DNA from: Vicinamibacterales bacterium
GTDB taxonomy: Bacteria; Acidobacteriota; Vicinamibacteria; Vicinamibacterales; UBA2999
Direction: 5' to 3'
DNA: 64,000 bases
Assembly (NCBI GenBank): GCA_046331325.1
Contig: JAXLRB010000002.1
Location: 73,034-137,033 of the forward strand
Shown: positions 1 to 8,275 of the stretch, one piece after another
How the letters are laid out: each line of letters begins with the position of its first letter
Numbering within the stretch: the first letter of the stretch is position 1
The notes under the pieces: model-generated
Seen by the model: only the letters and a program-made list of their open reading frames with translations
Databases searched by the model: none
Told to the model about the DNA's origin: nothing
Translations under genes and position numbers: made by a program

Positions 1-427
1 TCGGCGCGCCCTTCATGCCCGACGTGGACGCCAGGTTCACGATGTCGCCGAACGCCTGCGCTTTCATGTGGGGCACGACCCGATTGGTGAGGTCCACGAG
101 GCCGAAGACGTTCGTCTCGAACATCGCGCGCATCTTGTCGACGTCGAGGGCGCCGATCTCGGCGCGGTAGGCGTAGCCGGCGTTGTTGACGAGCACGTCG
201 ATGCCGCCCATGTGCGCGAGCGCCACGTCGACAGCGCGGGCGTTGTCCTCGCCGCTGGCGACGTCGGCGATGAGGCCGTGCACCCCGGTTGCCTTCGTGA
301 CCGTCTCGATGCGTCCCCGGTCGCGCCCGGTGAACGTCACCTGATGGCCCGCCGCCCGCGCCTGCGCCACCACCGCCGCGCCGATGCCCTGGCTGCCGCC
401 CGTCACGAGAAAGCGTCGTGGAGTCAT
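1..427 (-). CDS. short-chain dehydrogenase/reductase (SDR), N-terminal part; gene runs off the window start
   Basis: Manual reverse translation from ATG (rc of cat 425-427): MTPRRFLVTGGSQGIGAAVVAQ...VLVNNAGYAYRA. It has the TGxxxGxG Rossmann and NNAG motifs. It is absent from the ORF track because no stop lies inside the window. Confidence 0.8.
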   Translation of the reverse strand, partial: MTPRRFLVTGGSQGIGAAVVAQARAAGHQVTFTGRDRGRIETVTKATGVHGLIADVASGEDNARAVDVALAHMGGIDVLVNNAGYAYRAEIGALDVDKMRAMFETNVFGLVDLTNRVVPHMKAQAFGDIVNLASTSGMKGAP

Positions 428-504
428 GCGGGCATGATACCGCCACGTCAGCCACCAGACCGCTCGACGCGGTCGCGCCGGCGTGGCTACAGTAGCGGGA
501 GCCG

Positions 505-2103
505 ATGACGACGAACCGGACGACCGTGTACGCAGCCGCGCTGCTCATGGTGGCGGTTTCCGCGCTGGCGGGCAGACCCCCTTCTGCCCTGGGCCAGACT
601 TCTGCACGAGCGTTGGCGCCGATCCGCTACACGGTGCGCGTGCCGGCACCCGAGACGCACGAGGCGGTCGTGGAGGCGGTGCTGCCGGCGGCGGGACGTG
701 CGTCGCTCGACCTGATGATGCCGACCTGGTCGCCGGGCTACTACGTGGTCGAAGACTACGCGGCGAAGGTGCATGACGTGACCGCCGCGACGCCCGACGG
801 GCGCTCGCTCACAGTCGAGAAGACGAGCGCCACTCACTGGTCGGTCGAGACCGCGGGCGCGCGCGAGGTGCATCTGCGCTACGTCGTGCTCGGCCACGAA
901 CGCACCGTGACCACCAACTGGATCGACACCGACTATGGCGTGTTCAACGGCGCGCCGACCTTCATCACCCTGGCGGAGACGGCGCGGCGTCCGCACGACA
1001 TCCGCATGGACATGCCAGCGTCGTGGCCGGTGGTGATGACGGGGCTCGACGCCGCGCCCGGAGGCCGTGCCAGCACGTTCCGCGCCCCCGATTACGAGAC
1101 GCTGGTCGATTCGCCAATCGTCGCCGGGCCGCTGACGGTGCGGCGATTCGAAGTGGCGCGCATCCCGCACTTCGTGGTCAGCGTTGGCGACACCGAGGGC
1201 TGGGACGGCGATCGCGGCGCCCGCGATCTGAAGCGTTTCGTCGAAGAGAACCTGAAGTTCTGGGGCGCGCTGCCGTATCGCAAGTACCTCTTCCTGCTGC
1301 TGTTCCGGCCGGGCGGCGGCGGGCTCGAACACAAGAACTCGAATCTCTCGACGGTGATGGCTCGGCCACGTCCGCGACCCGACGGCACACCGGCGCCTGT
1401 CGATGCGCCGTGGCCCAGCCTGGGTCTGCAGGCGCATGAGTACGTCCACCTGTTCAACGTGAAGCGCCTGCGGCCCGTGGAACTCGGTCCGTTCGATTTC
1501 GAGAAGGCACCAACGACCGCCAGTCTGTGGATGGCGGAAGGCGTGACCTCGTACTACAGCGGTCTGCTGATGACGCGCGCCGGGTTGCAGACGGTTGACA
1601 CCTACCTCTCGTCGCTGTCGTCGCTCATCGGCGGACTGCAGTCCTCGCCCGGCCGCCTGCTGCAGTCGGTGGAGCGGTCGTCGCTCGAGGTGTGGAGCAA
1701 CAGTTTGTCGGGTGTCAACGCCGGGCCCGGCACGGTGAGTTACTACAACAAGGGCCAGATCATCGGCCTGTTGCTCGACGCGAAGATCCGCCGCGCCACT
1801 AGCGGCCGCCGCAGCTTCGACGACGCGATCCGCCTGGCCTACAAGCGGTATGGCGCCGAGCGCGGGTACACGGCCGATGAGTTGCGCCGCACGTTCGAGG
1901 AGGTGGCCGGGGTGCCCCTCGCCGCGTGGTACCAGTGCGCCGTGTCGTCGACCGATGAGCTCGATTACTCGGAACTGCTCGAGTGGTTCGGGCTGCGGTT
2001 CGTGACCGGGGCGGGCCCCGCCGGATCGTGGACGCTGGAACGACGTCCGGATCAAACCGACGCACAGCGTGCGCACCTCGACGCCTGGCTGTCCGGACGC
2101 TGA
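505..2103 (+). CDS. secreted M61-family (glycyl aminopeptidase-like) zinc metallopeptidase
   Basis: 532-aa track ORF with an N-terminal signal-like segment (AAALLMVAVSALAG) and an HEYVHLFN HExxH motif. The overall layout resembles M61 peptidases. No PDZ tail is recognisable. Confidence 0.7.
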   Translation: MTTNRTTVYAAALLMVAVSALAGRPPSALGQTSARALAPIRYTVRVPAPETHEAVVEAVLPAAGRASLDLMMPTWSPGYYVVEDYAAKVHDVTAATPDGRSLTVEKTSATHWSVETAGAREVHLRYVVLGHERTVTTNWIDTDYGVFNGAPTFITLAETARRPHDIRMDMPASWPVVMTGLDAAPGGRASTFRAPDYETLVDSPIVAGPLTVRRFEVARIPHFVVSVGDTEGWDGDRGARDLKRFVEENLKFWGALPYRKYLFLLLFRPGGGGLEHKNSNLSTVMARPRPRPDGTPAPVDAPWPSLGLQAHEYVHLFNVKRLRPVELGPFDFEKAPTTASLWMAEGVTSYYSGLLMTRAGLQTVDTYLSSLSSLIGGLQSSPGRLLQSVERSSLEVWSNSLSGVNAGPGTVSYYNKGQIIGLLLDAKIRRATSGRRSFDDAIRLAYKRYGAERGYTADELRRTFEEVAGVPLAAWYQCAVSSTDELDYSELLEWFGLRFVTGAGPAGSWTLERRPDQTDAQRAHLDAWLSGR

Positions 2104-2113
2104 ATGGCAGAGC

Positions 2114-2138
2114 GCGTGCCCGCGAGTGCGGGCCACGC
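2114..2138. terminator. GC-rich hairpin between convergent genes
   Basis: GCGTGCCCGC-GAGT-GCGGGCCACGC imperfect inverted repeat between the M61 stop (2103) and the small-ORF stop (2168). No clear U-tract. Confidence 0.4.
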
Positions 2139-2167
2139 GCCTCCATCGCGTCGCGGAGCTGACAGGG

Positions 2168-2335
2168 CTACTTGACCTTCACCAGGTTGCACATGGTGCT
2201 CGTCAGGCCCCCGACCTTCCACGTGTCGTAGCCGCCCTTGGGACCAGCCTGCTTCACCGACAGGTCGACCAACGCCTCCTTCTTCACTGCCAGCGTGCGC
2301 GTGCCGGTCGGCGCCGGCTTCCTCTTCGTGGCCAT
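2168..2335 (-). CDS. hypothetical 55-aa peptide with double-glycine leader-like motif (below ORF-track cutoff)
   Basis: Reverse strand reads GGGAGGGG-ACACG-ATG, then MATKRKPAPTGTRTLAVKKEALVDLSVKQAGPKGGYDTWKVGGLTSTMCNLVKVK-TAG. There is a strong SD and G/C in almost all third codon positions. Confidence 0.55.
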   Translation of the reverse strand: MATKRKPAPTGTRTLAVKKEALVDLSVKQAGPKGGYDTWKVGGLTSTMCNLVKVK

Positions 2336-2432
2336 CGTGTCCCCTCCCTGGCCCCGGGAGCGTCCGGGGCCGTATCAGGACTGGCGACGACGGAGGGGCG
2401 AATGGGACATCGAGCGCGAAACGGGCAGCCGG

Positions 2433-3596
2433 CTACTTCCAGTAGGCCCGCAGGATCGCCGTGCGCACGTCGTCGTCGACCGCGCGTGTCGTCAGCGGTG
2501 ACGGCGAGGCGGCGGTGACGTCGGTGTTGAACGACACGACGTAGCCCGACCGTGAGGGCCGGTGCACGTAGAGGTGCGAGATGAAGCCGTTCTGATCGCC
2601 GCTGTGGCCGATGAGCTCCACGCCCTCATGGCGCTCGATGAAGCACGAGAGGCCGGCGCGCACGTCGCCGCCGCTGCCGCCTTCGCCGTCTTTCGCGGGC
2701 ACCTGCGGCGTGGCCATCTCGAGGAGCGACGCCTGCTTCAGCACGGTCTCGTTGCCGTCGATGAGGAACGCGAGGTATTTCGCCATGTCGGCGAGCGGGG
2801 CGTTGAGGCCACCGTTCGACACGGTGATGCCCGAGTCGAAGTCGAACGGGTTCTCGTGCAGCGCGTCGCGACGCCCGCCGTAGCTGTGCGAGCGATGGTC
2901 GCGCAGGAACATCGGCGCGCGGTCGAAGAACGTGCGCGTCATGCCCAGCGGCATCAGGATGTTCTTGGTGATGTAGACCTCGTAGTCGTCGCCCGACAAC
3001 GACTCGACGATGCGGCCGAGGAACACCACCCCGGGATTCGAGTAGCTGTACTGCGTGCCGGGCGCGAAGGCGAGGTTCGTGTAGGGCATCATCGCCACGA
3101 GCTGCGCCCAGCGCGTCGGTTCGAACGGATGCCACGGCTGGTCGCCGCCCCACGGCCACGTGCCGGCGCGGAAGCCGCCGCTGTGCGACATCAGGTGCCG
3201 GATCTTCACCTGCGCGATGTCTCCGAAGGGGTTGTGCACCTCGCGCAGCTCCGGCACGTACCGCACGACCGGATCGTCGAGCGAGAGCAGCCCGCGATCG
3301 CGCAGCTGCATGATCGCCACCCCGGTGAAGGTCTTGGTGATCGACGCCCAGTGGAAGATGGTGTCGCGATCGACGGGACGGTTCGTCTCCCGGTCCTGCA
3401 GGCCGGCCACCGCCTGGTGCATCGTCGCGCCGTTCTTCACGAACAGCAGGCCGGCGCCGACGATGCCGGTCTCCTGCACGCGTTGCGCGAAGCGGGCGGC
3501 GATGACGGGCCAGGCGCCATCGGGCTGTTGTGTGGCGTGCAGGCTGGCGACGGCGAGGGCGACGAGCGCGAGCGGGAGGGCGAGTCGGCGGCGCAT
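2433..3596 (-). CDS. secreted serine hydrolase, beta-lactamase/DD-peptidase (class C-like) family
   Basis: Only the last 387 codons of the 771-aa track ORF look real. It starts MRRRLALPLALVALAVASLHA (signal peptide) and carries an SITK (SxxK) nucleophile motif. The upstream part of that ORF is antisense to the AKR gene. Confidence 0.8.
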   Translation of the reverse strand: MRRRLALPLALVALAVASLHATQQPDGAWPVIAARFAQRVQETGIVGAGLLFVKNGATMHQAVAGLQDRETNRPVDRDTIFHWASITKTFTGVAIMQLRDRGLLSLDDPVVRYVPELREVHNPFGDIAQVKIRHLMSHSGGFRAGTWPWGGDQPWHPFEPTRWAQLVAMMPYTNLAFAPGTQYSYSNPGVVFLGRIVESLSGDDYEVYITKNILMPLGMTRTFFDRAPMFLRDHRSHSYGGRRDALHENPFDFDSGITVSNGGLNAPLADMAKYLAFLIDGNETVLKQASLLEMATPQVPAKDGEGGSGGDVRAGLSCFIERHEGVELIGHSGDQNGFISHLYVHRPSRSGYVVSFNTDVTAASPSPLTTRAVDDDVRTAILRAYWK

Positions 3597-3683
3597 GACG
3601 GTGCGGGCATTGTCGCGGTGGCGGTTCGCGGGAATCAAGGCCCGGGCTTGGCGCGGCCGGCCCGGCCGTAGTCTCATAGCCGC

Positions 3684-4730
3684 ATGCGCTACACGCGACT
3701 CGGCACCACCGGCCTCTATGTCTCGGAACTCTGCCTCGGCACGATGACCTTCGGCGGCGGCGACGCCGGCATCTGGAGCCACATCGGCAAGCTGCAGCAG
3801 GACGACGTGGATGCGATCGTCCGGCGCTCGATCGAGGCCGGCATCAACTTCATCGACACGGCGGACGTCTACAGCGCCGGCCGTTCCGAGGAGCTCACCG
3901 GCCAGGCCTTGCGCAACCTCGGGGTGAAGCGCGACGACGTCGTGGTCGCGACGAAGGTGTTCGGCGAAACCGGCCCGGGCCCGAACGGCCGCGGCGTCTC
4001 GCGTTTCCACGTGATGGAAGCCGCCAAGGCGAGCCTGCGGCGCCTGCAGCTCGATCACATCGACCTCTACCAGATCCACGGCTTCGACCCGGCGACGCCG
4101 ATCGAGGAGCAGCTGCGCGCGCTCGACACGCTGGTGCAGCACGGGCACGTGCGCTACATCGGCGTGTCGAACTGGGCGGCGTGGCAGATCGTGAAGGCGC
4201 TCGGCATCTCGGAGCGCCTCGGGCTGGCGCGGTTCGCGTCGCTGCAGGCGTACTACACCGTGGCCGGCCGCGATCTCGAGCGCGAGCTCGTGCCGATGAT
4301 GCGGAGCGAAGGCCTCGGCCTGCTCGTGTGGAGCCCGCTGGCTGGCGGCCTGCTGAGCGGCAAGTTCTCGCGCGAGGGCAGCACCGAGGCCGGCAGCCGT
4401 CGCGTGAGCTTCGACTTCCCGCCGGTGCAGATGGACCGCGCGTGGGACGTCATCGACGTGCTGCGCCCGATCGCGGCGGCGAAGGGCGTGAGCGTGGCGC
4501 AGATCGCGCTGGCGTGGCTGCTGCACCAGCCCGTGGTCACGAGCGTCATCATCGGCGCGAAGCGTAGCGATCAGCTCGACGACAACCTCGCCGCGATCGA
4601 CGTGCGGCTCACGGCCGACGAGCTGGCCGCGATCGAGCGCGTGAGCGCGCTGCCGTCCGAGTATCCCGGCTGGATGTTCGAGCGGCAGGGCGCGACGCGC
4701 CGCGCCCAGATCGCGGCCGAGCGTCGCTGA
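3684..4730 (+). CDS. aldo/keto reductase
   Basis: 348-aa ORF starting [25 protein letters not shown], with IDTADVY and [10 protein letters not shown] segments typical of the AKR family. Confidence 0.9.
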   Translation: MRYTRLGTTGLYVSELCLGTMTFGGGDAGIWSHIGKLQQDDVDAIVRRSIEAGINFIDTADVYSAGRSEELTGQALRNLGVKRDDVVVATKVFGETGPGPNGRGVSRFHVMEAAKASLRRLQLDHIDLYQIHGFDPATPIEEQLRALDTLVQHGHVRYIGVSNWAAWQIVKALGISERLGLARFASLQAYYTVAGRDLERELVPMMRSEGLGLLVWSPLAGGLLSGKFSREGSTEAGSRRVSFDFPPVQMDRAWDVIDVLRPIAAAKGVSVAQIALAWLLHQPVVTSVIIGAKRSDQLDDNLAAIDVRLTADELAAIERVSALPSEYPGWMFERQGATRRAQIAAERR

Positions 4731-4810
4731 CGTACGGACCAGCTTCAACCACGACCGTAGTCGATCGCGCGCGTGTCGGGCGACCCGCTGCCGTAAGATC
4801 CGCAGCGGTC

Positions 4811-6421
4811 ATGGCGTCCGTGGGCGCGCAGCGCTGGCGTGAACTGAGCCCGTATCTCGACGAGGCGCTGGACCTGCCGGTGGAGGCGCGTGGCGCGTGG
4901 CTCGCGCGCATCGCCGACAGCAACGCCGACCTCGCCGCCGAACTGCGCGGCCTGCTGGCCGACTACGACGACGTGCGCGCCGACGGCTACCTCGAGGGCG
5001 ACGTCTCGCCGGCGCGGCGTCGTGAGACGCACGCGCTTGCCGGCCAAGTGCTGGGCGCCTATCGACTGGTGTCGCCACTCGGTCACGGCGGCATGGGCAG
5101 CGTGTGGCTCGCCGAGCGCTGCGACGGCCGCTTCGAGGGCCGCGCCGCCGTCAAGCTGCTGAACCTGGCCCTGGTCGGTCGATCCGCCGAGGCGCGGTTC
5201 CGCCGAGAAGGCACCATCCTCGCGAAAGTCACGCACCCGCACATCGCGCGGCTGATCGATGCCGGCGTCACGCCGACCGGGCAGCCGTACCTCGTGCTGG
5301 AGCTGGTGGAAGGACGTCACGTCGATCGCTATTGCCTCGAGCAGCGGCTCGACGTCGAGGCGCGTCTCGCCCTGGTGCTCGACGTCGTGACGGCGGTGGC
5401 ACACGCGCACGCCAACCTGGTCGTGCATCGCGACATCAAGCCGAGCAACGTGCTGGTGACGAGCGACGGCGACGCCAGGCTGCTCGACTTCGGCATCGCC
5501 AAGCTGATCGAGGACGACACGCGATGGACCGGGGCGCCACCTACGGCGACGGCGCTGACCCGTGGCGCGCACGGGCCGATGACGCCGCGGTTCGCCGCGC
5601 CCGAGCAACTCACGGGCGGCCTGGTGACTACGGCCACCGACGTCTACGCCCTGGGCGTGCTGTTGTACCTGCTGCTCACCGGACGCCATCCCGGCGGTGA
5701 TGACGTGCACTCGGCGGCCACGCTCGTGAAGGCGGTGGTCGAGACGCCGCCCATGCGGATGTCCGACGTGGTCGGGCACGGCGTCGACGCGGCGTCGCAC
5801 GCCGCGGCGTGCGGCACGACGCCGGCGCGATTGCGCCGGCGTCTCCGCGGCGACCTCGACACGATCGTGGCGTGCGCGCTGAAGAAGGCGCCAGCCGAGC
5901 GCTACCCGTCGGCGGCGGCGCTGGCCGACGACCTGCGACGGCATCTCGAGCGCGAGCCGATCGCGGCGCGTCCCGACACGCTGCACTACCGCGTCGCCCG
6001 CTTCGTCGGCCGCCACACGCGCAGCGTCGCGGCGGCGGCTGTCGCGGCGCTGGTGTTGGTGGCGGTGGTGGGGTTCTACACGACGCGCGTCGCCGCCGAG
6101 CGCGACCGCGCGCAGCGCGAGCGGCCCGCGCGTCGAAGGTCAGCGAGGCGCTCACCAGCCTGCTCGGCGGCGCCGATCCCATCGCCAATCGTGCCACCGG
6201 CGAGGCCTTCACGGTACGCGCGCTGCTCGACGCCGGCGCCGATCAGGCGCAGAAGAGCCTCGCCGACCAGCCGGAAGCGCAGGCCGAGATCCTCACGGTG
6301 CTCGGCCGGTTGTATCGACGCTACGGCGACTACGATCATGCGCAGGCGCTGCTCGCGCAGGCCCTGGCCAGCGGTGAGCGGGTGTTCGGCCGGGAGCACC
6401 TGCGGCTCGCGCTCACGCTGA
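4811..6421 (+). CDS. Ser/Thr protein kinase with TM helix; reading frame is lost after about 6121 (apparent 1-nt deletion)
   Basis: Motifs GHGGMGSVW, AVK, HRDIKPSN, DFG and APE, then a TM segment AAAAVAALVLVAVVGFYTT. After ...AERDRAQRE the frame becomes Arg/Ser/Pro-rich until the stop at 6421. Confidence 0.8.
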   Translation: MASVGAQRWRELSPYLDEALDLPVEARGAWLARIADSNADLAAELRGLLADYDDVRADGYLEGDVSPARRRETHALAGQVLGAYRLVSPLGHGGMGSVWLAERCDGRFEGRAAVKLLNLALVGRSAEARFRREGTILAKVTHPHIARLIDAGVTPTGQPYLVLELVEGRHVDRYCLEQRLDVEARLALVLDVVTAVAHAHANLVVHRDIKPSNVLVTSDGDARLLDFGIAKLIEDDTRWTGAPPTATALTRGAHGPMTPRFAAPEQLTGGLVTTATDVYALGVLLYLLLTGRHPGGDDVHSAATLVKAVVETPPMRMSDVVGHGVDAASHAAACGTTPARLRRRLRGDLDTIVACALKKAPAERYPSAAALADDLRRHLEREPIAARPDTLHYRVARFVGRHTRSVAAAAVAALVLVAVVGFYTTRVAAERDRAQRERPARRRSARRSPACSAAPIPSPIVPPARPSRYARCSTPAPIRRRRASPTSRKRRPRSSRCSAGCIDATATTIMRRRCSRRPWPAVSGCSAGSTCGSRSR

Positions 6422-7308
6422 CCGAGCTGGGCGCGCTGCAGACCGAGCGCGGCGACTACGTTGCGGCCTCGCGCAGTCTCGAGCGGGCCCTCGAGATGCG
6501 ACGGCACCTGCTGGGCCGCGACCACGCCGACGTGGCGGTGACGATGGTGGAGCTGTCGCGCCTGTATCAGGATCGCGGCCTCGACGATCGTGCCGAGCCG
6601 CTGCAGTGGGAAGCGCTCGACATCCGCAAACGCGTGCTGGGACCCGGCCACCGCGAGACCGCGGTGAGCCTGGCGGGGGCGGCGTCGGTGCTGCGTCTGA
6701 AGGGCGATCTCGACGGCGCCGAGCGGCTGCTGCGCGAGTCGCTCGACATCAACCGGCGCACGCGGGGCGAGACGCATCCGAACACCGGGTCGTCGTTGCA
6801 CGACCTCGGCCTGGTGGCGTTCATGCGCGGCGACCTGCGCGGCGCCGAGCGCGACTTCCGGGCCGCCCTCGACATCCATCGCCAGTCGCTCGGCGACGCC
6901 CATCCGAATCTCGCGATCTCGCTGAACAGTCTGGCGCACGTGCTGATCGCCGAACGGCGCTACCCCGAGGCCGCGACGGCGCTGACCCACGCGCTCGACA
7001 TCGTGCGTCCGGCACTTGGCGCCGACCATCCGCTGGCGGGCATCTACGCCGCGAACCTGGCCACCGTGCGCCTGGCGCAGGGCGATGCGCTCGCGGCCGA
7101 GACGCTGCTGCGCGAGGCCCTGCGGATCCGCGCGCTGACGCCCGACATCGTGCCGGGACGGCGCCGGATGCTGGCGGCCGACATCACCACGCTGGCGCAG
7201 GTGAAGGCGCGGCTGCGCACGGCGCTCGTCGCGCAGGGCAAGGACGTGGACGACGCGCGACCCGAGGCCGTGACGCGCGCGGTCAGCGCACGTCCGCCAG
7301 GAAACTGA
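6121..7308 (+). CDS. TPR-repeat domain, frameshifted continuation of the kinase gene (no independent start evident)
   Basis: The frame of track ORF 5809..7308 reads AARASKVSEALTSLLGGADP... followed by about 8 TPR-like repeats (e.g. AEILTVLGRLYRRYGDYDHAQALLAQAL). Confidence 0.75.
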   Translation, partial: AARASKVSEALTSLLGGADPIANRATGEAFTVRALLDAGADQAQKSLADQPEAQAEILTVLGRLYRRYGDYDHAQALLAQALASGERVFGREHLRLALTLTELGALQTERGDYVAASRSLERALEMRRHLLGRDHADVAVTMVELSRLYQDRGLDDRAEPLQWEALDIRKRVLGPGHRETAVSLAGAASVLRLKGDLDGAERLLRESLDINRRTRGETHPNTGSSLHDLGLVAFMRGDLRGAERDFRAALDIHRQSLGDAHPNLAISLNSLAHVLIAERRYPEAATALTHALDIVRPALGADHPLAGIYAANLATVRLAQGDALAAETLLREALRIRALTPDIVPGRRRMLAADITTLAQVKARLRTALVAQGKDVDDARPEAVTRAVSARPPGN

Positions 7309-7777
7309 GCATCGCGCCGGCGGTCAGTGGCGCGCCGCGCGTGAGCTCCTTTCCCCGCGCGTCGAGCAGCACCACCGTGGGGATGCTCTCGACCTTGAAC
7401 CGCGCGCTCGTCGCGGCGTCGCGATCGGTGTCGATGAGCACCGGCACGAAGCCGGCGTCGATGGCCCGGGCCACGCGCGCGTCGGGCCAGACGTCGTGCT
7501 TCATCGCGATGCACGGCGGACACCAGTCCGCCGTGAAGTCGACCACCACGTGGCGGCCGTCGCGCTGTGCCTCGGCCAACGCGGCATCGAGATCGGTCCG
7601 CCACGGAATGGTCGAGGCCGGCGCCACCGACCCGGTGGCTTTGTAGTAGTAGCCCTTGATCACGGGCCAGCGGAACGCGAGCAGCAGCACCATCGCGACG
7701 ATCCAGATCGGCGTCTCGTAGCGGGCCAGTGCGGCACGCCAGCGGGAGCGCGCGGTGGAAGGCGTGGGCAGTGACAT
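7283..7777 (-). CDS. membrane-anchored thioredoxin-family protein (WCPPC)
   Basis: Real start MSLPTPSTARSRW at 7777. It has one TM helix (IWIVAMVLLLAF) and a thioredoxin fold with DFTADWCPPC. The 261-aa track ORF is N-terminally over-extended. Confidence 0.8.
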   Translation of the reverse strand: MSLPTPSTARSRWRAALARYETPIWIVAMVLLLAFRWPVIKGYYYKATGSVAPASTIPWRTDLDAALAEAQRDGRHVVVDFTADWCPPCIAMKHDVWPDARVARAIDAGFVPVLIDTDRDAATSARFKVESIPTVVLLDARGKELTRGAPLTAGAMLSFLADVR

Positions 7778-7855
7778 GCGGAGACAGCGTCTCGTGAGGA
7801 CCTGGCGGCCAGCGTACCTCGTTCCGGTGGCCGGCGTTCCCTGTATGCTGGAGAC

Positions 7856-8215
7856 ATGATCCGCTTCCTGCGGAGCGCCCGAGGCCGCTCGGCCTTGGTG
7901 GCCCTGACGCTGTCGGCACTGCTGACCGTCACGGTGTCGGGGCTCGCGCACGATGGATCCGACGACGCCGTCTGCGACATCGGATTCGCGGTCCCTCACG
8001 ACGGTCCGGCGCAAATCGGCGGCGGCCATGTCACGCTGCAGCACGCGGACCACTGCGTGCTCTGCCACGCCTCGCAGACGGTGCGCGCCCTGCTCGCGCT
8101 GCCCGGCTGCGTGCCGCCGAGCGAGTCGCGCACCGTGGCCCTGTCCGACCCGGCCGGATTGCCGGTCGCGATCGTCGCCACGTCCGGTCCCGCCCGCGCG
8201 CCGCCGCGCGCCTGA
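7856..8215 (+). CDS. small secreted Cys/His-rich protein (HCVLCH motif; possibly DUF2946-like)
   Basis: 119-aa ORF with signal peptide MIRFLRSARGRSALVALTLSALLTVTVSGLAHD, an HADHCVLCHASQ motif and 4 Cys. It is the first gene of the metal-uptake operon. Confidence 0.6.
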   Translation: MIRFLRSARGRSALVALTLSALLTVTVSGLAHDGSDDAVCDIGFAVPHDGPAQIGGGHVTLQHADHCVLCHASQTVRALLALPGCVPPSESRTVALSDPAGLPVAIVATSGPARAPPRA

Positions 8216-8275
8216 TCCTTCCGCCCATATTCAATTCGGCGTTGGCGAACTGTCAGGGTTCGCGGGAAGGTGTGT

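Noticed and set aside
2433-4748. 771-aa minus-strand ORF treated as one gene.
   Set aside because: Only the last 387 codons (from MRRRLALPL at 3596) have signal peptide and SxxK hydrolase features. The remainder is antisense to the aldo/keto reductase gene.
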